From NCBI GenBank assembly GCA_016871115.1, contig VFZP01000001.1, positions 1 to 53,117 on the forward strand: a stretch of 53,117 nucleotides of DNA, written 5' to 3'. Origin of the DNA: Acidobacteriota bacterium. GTDB lineage: Bacteria > Acidobacteriota > Terriglobia > Bryobacterales > Bryobacteraceae. Under the pieces are notes generated by a model, which worked only from the letters and a program-made list of their open reading frames with translations, searched no databases and had not been told where the DNA came from. The first letter of the stretch is position 1; every line of letters begins with the position of its first letter. Position numbers and translations under genes: made by a program. Shown piece after piece: positions 19,069 through 26,989 of the stretch.

Positions 19069-20111
19069 ATGCAACTGCTGTTGACTCTCTCGCTACTGGT
19101 CACGGCCGCGGCGGCCCAGTCCGGCCGCACGCGCAGCGTGATTCTGGTGATGACCGACGGGCTGCGCTGCAGGAGGTTTTTCGCGGCGCAGATCCGGCGC
19201 TGATGAACAAACAGAACGGCGGCGTGAGCGATGTGGAAGCGCTGCGTAGGGAATTTGGGCGCGAGCAGCCGGCCGAGCGCCGCGCGGCCCTGCTGCCGTT
19301 TCTGTGGTCCACCGTCGCCTCGCAAGGGCAGATCTTCGGCAACCGCGACGCGGGCTCGGAAGCGTTTGTCACCAACGGTCTGAATTTTTCCTACCCGGGC
19401 TATAGCGAGACGCTTTGCGGGTTTGTCGACCCCGGTGTGAATAGCAACAACAAGATTCCCAATCCAAATGTGACCGTATTCGAGTGGCTGCATGCAAAGC
19501 CCGCGTTCAAAGGCAAAGTGGCCGGCTTCGGCGCCTGGGATGTGTTCCCCTACATCTTCAACTCGGCGCGCGCGGGCTTTCCGGTGAATGCCGGGAGCGA
19601 TGCGTTCACCATGAAGCCGATGCCGCCGGGGCTGGCATTGATGAACCGGCTGAAGCGCGAGTCTGCCACCTGGGAGAGCGAAGCGTTCGACACCTTCACG
19701 TTTCATACCGCGAAGATTTATGTGCAGGAGAAGAAGCCGCGCTTGCTGTATCTGTCGCTGGGAGAGACCGACGAATGGTCGCATGAAGGCAAATATGCCG
19801 AGTACTTGCGGTCGGCGCATCGTGTGGACGCTTATCTGAAAGAGCTGTGGGAGACCGTGCAGGCGATGCCGCAATACCGCGGCAATACCACTTTGATCTT
19901 TCTGCCGGACCACGGGCGCGGCGAAACGCCAGTGGAATGGAAAGGCTATGGCCAGAAGATCGCGGACTCGAAGTACACCTGGATGGCGTTTCTCGGGCCC
20001 GATACCAAAGCGCTCGGCGAGCGCAAACAGACCGGGCCTGTCACGCAAAACCAGGTGGCCGCCACGCTGGCCGCGTTGTTGGGCGAAGACTACCGGCAAT
20101 CGGTGCCCTAA
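19069..20111 (+). pseudogene. Secreted alkaline-phosphatase-superfamily metalloenzyme, interrupted by a 1-nt frameshift
   Basis: ATG 19069 encodes MQLLLTLSLLLVTAAAAQSGRTRSVILVMTDGLR in one frame and stops at 19201. The rest (QEVFRGADPALMNKQNGG... to 20111) is in the adjacent frame. One extra G in ctgcgctg|cag (about 19166-19170) would restore TDGLRWQEVF. Confidence 0.7.
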
Positions 20112-20147
20112 GCGGGCGCACCGATTGCCGGCGTTTTGCGGTAGCGT

Positions 20148-20437
20148 CTAACCCATCGTGTAGAAAAACTCTTCGCGGGTGATCTTGCCGCCGTCCACTG
20201 TGTACAGCGCCACTTCCTTCATGTTGAAGTGCTGTCCGCTGGGCTTGTTAGTCACGTCGTAGTGAAAGAACACTGCAAAGCGGTTGCGTTCGGGTACGGG
20301 CCTTCGCAGGAAGCGGAGTGGATTTCGTGATTTTCGAGCCACCATTTCGACTTACCGAGCACGGCTTCCATGCCCTGCATTTCGGCGGGCATACCATGCG
20401 CTGCCACCGCTTCCACGCTGACGATACCGGTATCCAT
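20148..20437 (-). pseudogene. NTF2/SnoaL-like small protein remnant, 5'-truncated and frameshifted
   Basis: Two ORFs in different frames (..WWLENHEIHSASCEGPYPN and NRFAVFFHYDVTNKPSGQ..KITREEFFY) join into one coherent domain if 1 nt is added near 20285-20291. Only 34 nt separate the ATG from the upstream gene's stop, so the usual N-terminal 35-40 aa are absent. Confidence 0.6.
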
Positions 20438-20471
20438 GGCTTCTGAGGGAGAGCACGGGTGAATGGCAGCG

Positions 20472-21101
20472 TCATTTCGCGGCCGGATGGCCTCGCCCGG
20501 GGGCGAGACGGTAATCTCCGTTGGAATCGGCGTCGACGAAGGTGAGCGTCAGGTTTTCGCCCATGCCGGGGATGCGATGGTAGAGCCACACCTCCCAGGG
20601 ATGCGGCCGGCCGCGGTCGCCACTGGGGTGCGATTCGATCTCATCGGGCGGTCCGTACACAATGTACATGCGACCGCGCTCAGTGCGCCAGCCGGGCTTG
20701 GTGCGCGTGGCAAAACGCTGGTTGGCGTAAGCGATGCGGCGGTAGTGCTCTTCCTTGTACTCGTTCTCAGATACCGTAGCGGGTCACGGGTCGCGGCGTT
20801 GCCAGAACTGCCCGATGAACATCTCGCGCTCTTCGTTCGTCTTCAGGTGCTCGAACGCTGCCCGCTCAGCATCGGCGATGATGTAGACCACATCTTCGTT
20901 GAGCCACTTCTCATACGGAGTGGACGGATTCTGCCACGCAGGCAGAGAAACTGCCAAAGCCGCGGCCAGCACGAGTGCCAGCGACAGCGGCGAGCCGCCG
21001 CCGTGCGGCACGCACCGCGCAGTACGAACAGCGCCGCCGCCAGCAGGCCTTGCCAGCAGGAGTGCAACAGTTCGAGGCTCAATGCGTCGCTCATCGCGCA
21101 C
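20472..21101 (-). pseudogene. GWxTD-domain protein with an in-frame TGA
   Basis: ORFs 20784-21101 and 20472-20669 are in the same frame. The read-through translation is ..[66 protein letters not shown].., with the TGA at 20784-20786. The signal-peptide-like SLALVLAAALAVSLPAWQ is present. The true start is uncertain. Confidence 0.65.
21020..21094 (-). pseudogene. 5' remnant of a BlaR1/M56-type sensor gene
   Basis: An ATG overlapping the BlaI stop (ATGA) encodes MSDALSLELLHSCWQGLLAAALFVL, the characteristic first TM/HSxWQG motif of BlaR1-like proteins. The frame then loses all membrane-protein character, and the GWxTD frame takes over. Confidence 0.5.
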
Positions 21102-21480
21102 TCTCTTTGCGGCGATACTGCCCGATCAGGCGCCGCATCTCCGCCAGTTCTTCGGCGCTGGCCTGCTTGGTCGACAGCGCACCCACCAGCAACTCTCGCG
21201 CCGATCCGCTGAAGGCCCGGTCCAGCAAATCTCCAGCGAGTTGGCGTTGAGTCCACTCGCGCGGGCGGGCGGTGGAGTACACGTGCGCGCGTTGCTCTTC
21301 ATCGCGCCGCAGCAGGCCCTTGTCGGCCATGATCTGCATGAACTTCAAGATCGTGGTGTACTGCGCCGGGCGGCGCTGCGCGACGGCCTCGTGGACCTGC
21401 CGCACCGTGGCAGGTCCCAGGCTCCATAAGACCGTCAGAATTTCGAGCTCAGCATCGGTGGGGCGCGGCGGCGATTCCAT
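21091..21480 (-). CDS. BlaI/MecI/CopY-family transcriptional repressor
   Basis: 129 aa with a winged-helix N-terminus: DAELEILTVLWSLGPATVRQVHEAV...YTTILKFMQIMADKGLLRRDEEQRAHVY. Confidence 0.85.
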   Translation of the reverse strand: MESPPRPTDAELEILTVLWSLGPATVRQVHEAVAQRRPAQYTTILKFMQIMADKGLLRRDEEQRAHVYSTARPREWTQRQLAGDLLDRAFSGSARELLVGALSTKQASAEELAEMRRLIGQYRRKESAR

Positions 21481-21512
21481 ATACGAAGACTTTACTAGTA
21501 AAGTCTTCGTAT
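21481..21512. promoter_or_regulatory. Perfect 32-bp palindrome, candidate BlaI operator
   Basis: ATACGAAGACTTTACT|AGTAAAGTCTTCGTAT, read directly. It abuts the blaI start codon in a 47-bp intergenic gap and is strongly AT-rich relative to the genome. Confidence 0.7.
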
Positions 21513-21527
21513 GTCAACCGGCAATCC

Positions 21528-22334
21528 TTAGCGCGCCGGTTCGATGGCGAGTCCGGAGGTCTGTTCGAAGATCCCGACTTCGCCCATCATTTGATAGTCG
21601 CCCGTTGCCAGATACACTTCGTAGAGAACGGCGCGCGTGGAGTTGGACAGGCGCGCGGCCAGATAGGCGCGGCCCGTGACCGGCGAGATGTCAAAGCCCG
21701 CCACCATGCTCGGCATCAGGCCCACCAGTTCGCCCACCGTATTCAGCTTGCCATCGTTCGGCGGCGTCTGCGTCACCAGCAGGCGGCGGCTCGAGTCGAT
21801 GTTGTAAAGCGTGGTGGACGCCGCTCCGGCCACGCTGTTCGTATAGGCACATCCCATGACGCCCGTCACCGCGCCAGTCACGCCGTCGGCATTGAGTACG
21901 CCGTCGGTGGCCACCACCATGCCGGTGTCCGGATGCAGGCGCAGATTCTGGCCGCGGTTGCTCACCAGACGGATGCGATCCACCGTGGGGTTGAAGTCAA
22001 AGCCAACTTCCGTGCCCTCCAGCGCGGGCGTGAATTGCATCGGCGCAACCGCGGTAGCCATGCCCGTTTCGGTGTCAATCACGCAGATGCGGCTGCTGCT
22101 GCCAAGGCCGTACAGCTTCTTGTTGGCCGGCCGGAAATCGATGGCGAGAATGCCTTCGCCGGGTTGCAGACCGCGGATCAGGCGGATGGAGTTCACAAAG
22201 CTGGGAAGGTTTGCATCGAAGCTCAACAGCAAAGCGCGCGAGTCGACAGCTCAGGCCGTTTCGGCCCGAACGGAGGAAGCGGCTGACAGGAACAAAGCCA
22301 GGGTGAGCGCGAGGAAAGTGGCGCGGCGAGTCAT
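21528..22334 (-). pseudogene. DUF4394-domain secreted protein with an in-frame TGA just after the signal peptide
   Basis: ATG 22334 encodes MTRRATFLALTLALFLSAASSVRAETA, then TGA (22251-22253), then the same frame continues AVDSRALLLSFDANLPSF..GLQPGEGILAIDFRPANKKLYGL..DFNPTVDRIRLVSNRGQNLRL (DUF4394 pattern). An AGGAGA Shine-Dalgarno sequence lies upstream of the ATG. Confidence 0.65.
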
Positions 22335-22398
22335 GTGTGTGGGTCTCCTGGTTCGGAATGTTCAACCAGAAGTACGCGGGCCGGGGCGCGGCTGGATT

Positions 22399-23625
22399 TC
22401 AACCGCCGGAAGAATTGCACTCGAGCAGCCCGCGGCGTGCCGCGCGCGCCACTAATTCTGACGGTGCGTGGGCGGGGTTGTGTACGGCACTCCACGTTTC
22501 GTCGTCCACGCTGGTCAGGCCAAACAACGGAGTGTCTACCATGCGCGCGCCGCCATCCTCGCTCACCTGCATTCCTTCGGCCGCACGCAGCAACCCGGGC
22601 TGCTGGCCGCGCAAACAACGTTCCGTGGCCAACAACACGTCGATCTGCGCGGCGGTGACATTTCCCCAGCGTTCCGGCGCGAGCCGCCGCTGCGCCGTCC
22701 ACCCACTGCCTCGCGCGGGCTCGAAAATCAGCAGGCTCTGATCTGCCTCATGCAGTTCGCGGCGCTTGGTGGTGAGTTCCAAAACCTCGTGACCAGTGAG
22801 CGCGCGCGGCTCCGAGTCCACGGGCCAGGAGGAGAAGATAAATGCGCGCGCCCCGGGCGCGAGCCGGCCTGCCGCACCGGCCAGCACCGCGCGAGGAATC
22901 TCGTCGCCGCGTTCGCCTCCATATAAGAAGATGAGTTCCGCGCCGCCCGTGCGCCGGGGATAGTAGGGGGGCTGCGAGACGATCAGGTCAAACAGCGCCT
23001 CGCCCGCTGGTTCATACAAACTGCCTGCGGCAAAGGTAGCGGTATCGATGTTGTTCAGCGCCGCGTTGAAGCGCACGATCTCCACGGCGCGGCCGTTGAT
23101 ATCGGTGCCCAGTGTTTCGCGAGTATGCCGCGCCAGCAACAACGCCAGCGTGCCGGCGCCGCAACCGAGATCCAGCACGCGGCCCAACTGCCGGCTGGGC
23201 CGGGCTGTTCCCCAAAGGATCGCCGTGGTCTCGCCTGCGCCCATCACGGCGTCGCCCGCCTCATCGTCCTCGTGGTCCAGATAATCGCTCAGCAGATAGA
23301 GCCTGCCCGCGGTGCGCAGATGAAATGGCGCAGCTTCACCCTTCCGCAGCAGTCCGCCGTCCAATGCCTCGCGATAAAGCGGCTCGCTGCCCAGCGCGGT
23401 GGCAGCGTCCGCGGCTTTCATCTGCTCGCGGCAAAACAGGAGCCGCAACAACAATGCTTCGGGCGCTTCGGAGAACTGCACAGCGCGCAGCGGGCGCAAT
23501 GGCACACGCAAGCTGTCGCCCGGTTCCACATGACGGCGAATATAGTCGCGGTCAAGCCCGAGGCTGCGCAGCCGCGCCCCCAATTGACGCGCCGGCGGCT
23601 CGGTAAGGCGGGTCGAGTTGAACAA
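22399..23625 (-). CDS. Class I SAM-dependent methyltransferase with helical N- and C-terminal extensions
   Basis: Motif [14 protein letters not shown] and a motif IV-like SQPPYY. The start is uncertain; TTG 23625 was chosen. The upstream 135 codons of the track ORF are antisense to the DUF1080 gene. Confidence 0.6.
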   Translation of the reverse strand: MFNSTRLTEPPARQLGARLRSLGLDRDYIRRHVEPGDSLRVPLRPLRAVQFSEAPEALLLRLLFCREQMKAADAATALGSEPLYREALDGGLLRKGEAAPFHLRTAGRLYLLSDYLDHEDDEAGDAVMGAGETTAILWGTARPSRQLGRVLDLGCGAGTLALLLARHTRETLGTDINGRAVEIVRFNAALNNIDTATFAAGSLYEPAGEALFDLIVSQPPYYPRRTGGAELIFLYGGERGDEIPRAVLAGAAGRLAPGARAFIFSSWPVDSEPRALTGHEVLELTTKRRELHEADQSLLIFEPARGSGWTAQRRLAPERWGNVTAAQIDVLLATERCLRGQQPGLLRAAEGMQVSEDGGARMVDTPLFGLTSVDDETWSAVHNPAHAPSELVARAARRGLLECNSSGG

Positions 23626-23643
23626 TATGTTATGCTCCCACGG

Positions 23644-24408
23644 ATGGCTCGCCGATTGATTTTCCTCTCGATTCTCGCCGCGTTCGCGATCAGCGCGCAG
23701 CAACCCGCCGACGCGCCGAAGCCTCCGCGCCGCCCAGGCGGATTCGGCGCGATGATGCCCGATGCGCTCGCAGTGGACAATCGCGATCTGTTTCAGCCGA
23801 TCTTTGACGGCACGTCGCTCACCGGCTGGGATGGCGACCCCGGGCACTGGCGCGTGGAAAACGGCGTGATCGTGGGCGAGAGCACCAAAGAGAATCCGCT
23901 CAAGCGCAACACGTTTCTGATCTGGCGCGGGGGGGCGCCCGGAAACTTCGAACTCAAGCTCGACTACAAGATCAACAACACTAACAGCGGCGTGCAATAC
24001 CGCAGCATGGAACTGTCCGACCAGGGCCAATGGATATTGAAAGGCTACCAGGCCGACATCGATTTTCAGAACACCTACACGGGCCAGCTCTATGAAGAAC
24101 GCGGGCGCGGGTTTCTCGCCTTACGCGGCCAGGCAACGAATGTGGCCGAGGGCAAGAAGGCGCGCGTCATCGGCAACATCAAAGACGGCATCGATGCCAA
24201 GGGCGTGATCAAGGTAGGCGACTGGAACACGCTGCACATCATCGCGCAAGGAAATCTCCTGGTGCATATTCTGAACGGGCAGGTGACGGCGGTCGTAGTG
24301 GACGACGATTCGAAGGCGCGCGCGGAAAGTGGACTGCTCGGCTTCCAACTGCACGTGGGTGCGCCCATGCGTGCCGAGTTCCGCAACATCGCGCTCAAAC
24401 AGCGCTAA
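23644..24408 (+). CDS. Secreted DUF1080 (3-keto-disaccharide hydrolase-like) protein
   Basis: Signal peptide [20 protein letters not shown], then [46 protein letters not shown]. An alternative ATG lies at 23632. Confidence 0.75.
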   Translation: MARRLIFLSILAAFAISAQQPADAPKPPRRPGGFGAMMPDALAVDNRDLFQPIFDGTSLTGWDGDPGHWRVENGVIVGESTKENPLKRNTFLIWRGGAPGNFELKLDYKINNTNSGVQYRSMELSDQGQWILKGYQADIDFQNTYTGQLYEERGRGFLALRGQATNVAEGKKARVIGNIKDGIDAKGVIKVGDWNTLHIIAQGNLLVHILNGQVTAVVVDDDSKARAESGLLGFQLHVGAPMRAEFRNIALKQR

Positions 24409-24883
24409 AGCAGCGGATTGACAGCGAGGTGCGAGATTTTCGGCGTGCCCAGGGGCGGCGCGCCGGTGGCCTTCGCGCCCGCGGGCGGCTGATACTCCAC
24501 CACGATGCCTTCGCCGGGGATGACGCCCGCTTAGAAGTCGGCGTCTCCGAAGAGTCCAGTGCCGGTGAAGGGGCCCGTGAAGTCTTTGCCGTTGTGCACC
24601 CACACGCGGCCCTCGCCGGCGCGGAATCCCTTGAAGTGCACGCGCAGCGCCGCGGCGCCAGGAGAGCGCACCGCCAGCCTCTACACGGAAACGCCTGATT
24701 TTGTTTTAAACCACGCGTCCTTCTTCTTCCATTGCGCGGCGTCAGCCGCGCGATGTTCGCCGATGCGCGTGGGGCGTGGGCGGTCCAGGTCCGCCTCGGG
24801 CGGAGGCGCCGGTATCCGGGCGGCGGCACGTCTTCGGCAAATGCGGCCGCGGCGGCCAGCCACAACCAGGCTATGAATTTCAT
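24405..24883 (-). pseudogene. Remnant of a secreted protein resembling a peptidase pro-region, with a frameshift plus in-frame TAG and TAA
   Basis: The signal peptide MKFIAWLWLAAAAAFAEDVPPP is in one frame. The rest is in another: ..RIGEHRAADAAQWKKKDAWFKTKSGVSV*RLAVRSPGAAALRVHFKGFRAGEGRVWVHNGKDFTGPFTGTGLFGDADF*AGVIPGEGIVVEYQPP.. The TAG is at 24681-24683 and the TAA at 24531-24533. No catalytic domain follows. Confidence 0.55.
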
Positions 24884-26001
24884 GCTTCCATCACCGGCAC
24901 CTGCTCCACAATCTCGATTCCGAAGCCTTCGAGCGCGACGATCCGTCGAGGGTGATTGGTCAGCAGGCGGATGCGATGCAGGCCCAGGTCCGCCAGGATC
25001 TGCGCGCCGATGCCCACCTCATGTTGCAGTTGCCGCTGCCCTTCCGCCGACGAGTAGTGGATGAAGTCGCGCGAGTGCGGCAACAGCCGCCCATCACGCA
25101 AGCCCACGCCCATGCCCGTCTGATGCAGATACACCAGCACGCCGCGGCCTCCCCGCGCCAGGCGCGCGAGCGATTGCTCCATGGTCCGGCGGCATTCACA
25201 GGTCACCGCGCCGAACACATCGCCGTAGACGCAATGCGAATGGACGCGCACCAATACGTCTTCCTGCCCCTCCACGTCGCCGAACACCAGCGCCATGTGC
25301 CGCTCGCCATCCACGGATGTCGCGTAGGAAATGGTGCGAAACTCGCCGGCTGCCGTGGCCACCGTGCCTTCACCCAGGCGTTGCACCACGCGCTCATGCT
25401 GCATGCGGTAGCGGATCAGGCTCGCCACCGAAACCATCTTGAGCCCGTGCCGCTCACTGAACCCGAGCAGCTCTGGCACGCGCGCCATGGTGCCATCTTC
25501 ATTCATGATTTCGCAGATCACCCCGCCAGGCTTCAATCCGGCGAGCCGCGCCAGATCAACCGACGCCTCCGTCTGCCCGGCGCGCACCAGCACCCCGCCG
25601 TCGCGCGCCCGCAGCGGAAACATGTGGCCGGGGCGGGCGAGATCCTGCGGGCGGCTGCGAGAATCCATCGCTACTTGTATCGTGCGCGCGCGGTCCGCCG
25701 CCGAGATGCCCGTCGTCACGCCTTCGCGCGCGTCGATCGCCTCACAAAACGCAGTGCCGAACTGCGAGGAGTTGCGCGCGGACATCAGCGGCAGTTGCAA
25801 CTCGTCGCAGCGCTGCGCGCTCAGTGCGAGGCACACCAAGCCGCGCCCGTGCACCGCCATGAAGTTGATCATCTCGGGCGTGGTCAACTCCGCCGCGCAC
25901 GCCAGATCGCCCTCGTTCTCGCGATCTTCGTCGTCGACAATCACAATCATGCGCCCGGCGCGGAACTCTTCGATCGCCTCGGGAATCGTCGCAAACGGCA
26001 T
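24880..26001 (-). CDS. ribBA: 3,4-dihydroxy-2-butanone-4-phosphate synthase fused to a degenerate GTP cyclohydrolase II-like domain (RibBA/RibBX-type)
   Basis: The RibB half is canonical (MIVIVDDEDRENEGDL, TGISAADRA, PGHMFPL, GQTEASVDLARLAG). The C-terminal half keeps the three Zn cysteines (HSHCVYGD...CEC) but reads HQTGMGVGL where RQEGRGIGL is expected. The ATG at 26001 was chosen; the 90 upstream codons of the track ORF are rejected. Confidence 0.8.
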   Translation of the reverse strand: MPFATIPEAIEEFRAGRMIVIVDDEDRENEGDLACAAELTTPEMINFMAVHGRGLVCLALSAQRCDELQLPLMSARNSSQFGTAFCEAIDAREGVTTGISAADRARTIQVAMDSRSRPQDLARPGHMFPLRARDGGVLVRAGQTEASVDLARLAGLKPGGVICEIMNEDGTMARVPELLGFSERHGLKMVSVASLIRYRMQHERVVQRLGEGTVATAAGEFRTISYATSVDGERHMALVFGDVEGQEDVLVRVHSHCVYGDVFGAVTCECRRTMEQSLARLARGGRGVLVYLHQTGMGVGLRDGRLLPHSRDFIHYSSAEGQRQLQHEVGIGAQILADLGLHRIRLLTNHPRRIVALEGFGIEIVEQVPVMEA

Positions 26002-26080
26002 TGACTTTTCAGCGTAGCGCACGCTCGCAGCCGCGTGGCACGAACTGAGATTACGTGCTACCTTGAGGGGTGGCCCCGCC

Positions 26081-26986
26081 ATGCATATCCCCGACGGATT
26101 TCTCGCGACTCCCGTGTGGCTGGGCTTGGACTTACTCGCCGCGCCGGTTTCCGGCTGGCTGGCTCGCCGCGCCGAACGTGGACTCAGCGAGGGTATGGCG
26201 CCGCGTCTCGGCGTGTTGGGCGCGTTTGTGTTCGCCGCGCAGATGATCAACTTTCCCGTGGCGCTGGGCACCAGTAGTCACCTGATCGGGAGCGCGCTGC
26301 TGGCCGCCACCGTGGGACCCGCGGCGGCCGCGCTGGTGATGACCGCAATTCTCGTCATTCAAGCGCTCGTGTTTCAAGACGGGGGACTCCTGGCGCTCGG
26401 CGCAAACGTCACCAACATGGCGCTGGCCGGCGTCCTGGCCGCCTCCATTCCATTGCGCTATTGGCCGGGACGCGCCGGGTTACTGCTGGCGGGAATCGCT
26501 TCGGTGTTTACCGCCTCCTCGCTCGCCATTTTGGAATTGCGTTTGAGCGGCGTGGCGATGAGCGCGGCTCTGCTGCAGGGCGCGTTGGTGGTATTTGCCA
26601 TCTCGGCGTTACTGGAGGGGCTGATTACGGTGGCCGTGGCCGAAGCGCTGGAACGTCTGCAGCCCGGGTGGACTCAGTCGTGCCAAACGCGCGGCAGTGA
26701 GCAACGTGTAGTGGCGGCGCTGGGCACGGTAGCCGTCGTGCTCGCCTCGGCGGGCGCGCTGTTTGCCTCCAGCCTGCCGGACGGCCTGGAAAAGTTTGCC
26801 GAAAGTCTTGGCATCGCCGATCGTGCACACGCGTTGCTGCCCTCCCCGCTGGCCGACTACGAAATGAAAGGTGCACCGCATCCCGCCGCCGGCAAAGTAG
26901 CCGCCGGACTGGCCGGGTTGGTGCTGACCTACGCTGCGGCGCGCGCCATTGCGCGGCTGCGGCTGGGCGGCCGGAGCGCGCAGTAG
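26081..26986 (+). CDS. cbiM: ECF-transporter substrate-capture component CbiM/NikM fused to a PDGLE (CbiN-like) domain
   Basis: The MHIPDGF N-terminus is obligatory for CbiM metal binding. Multi-TM protein with a C-terminal SLPDGLEKFAESLG motif. Confidence 0.8.
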   Translation: MHIPDGFLATPVWLGLDLLAAPVSGWLARRAERGLSEGMAPRLGVLGAFVFAAQMINFPVALGTSSHLIGSALLAATVGPAAAALVMTAILVIQALVFQDGGLLALGANVTNMALAGVLAASIPLRYWPGRAGLLLAGIASVFTASSLAILELRLSGVAMSAALLQGALVVFAISALLEGLITVAVAEALERLQPGWTQSCQTRGSEQRVVAALGTVAVVLASAGALFASSLPDGLEKFAESLGIADRAHALLPSPLADYEMKGAPHPAAGKVAAGLAGLVLTYAAARAIARLRLGGRSAQ

Positions 26987-26989
26987 CCC

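Noticed and set aside
20784-22253. In-frame TGAs as selenocysteine codons or as a sign of an alternative genetic code
   Set aside because: TGA terminates many intact genes in this window (the DUF5682 gene, the amidotransferase, imuB, purN and others), so the code is standard. I see no stable hairpin immediately 3' of either TGA, and neither position is expected to be a redox Cys. Read-through or mutation is more plausible.
23626-24030. Upstream extension of the methyltransferase ORF (track ORF 22399-24030)
   Set aside because: It is antisense to the DUF1080 gene and shows no methyltransferase-family similarity.
26002-26080. FMN or cobalamin riboswitch between ribBA and cbiM
   Set aside because: The region is only 79 bp, too short for either aptamer (about 140 and about 200 nt). 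No conserved riboswitch core sequence was recognised by eye.
26002-26271. Upstream 90 codons of the track ORF containing ribBA
   Set aside because: RibB homology starts at MPFATIPEAIEEF (ATG 26001). The extension overlaps the divergent cbiM start.
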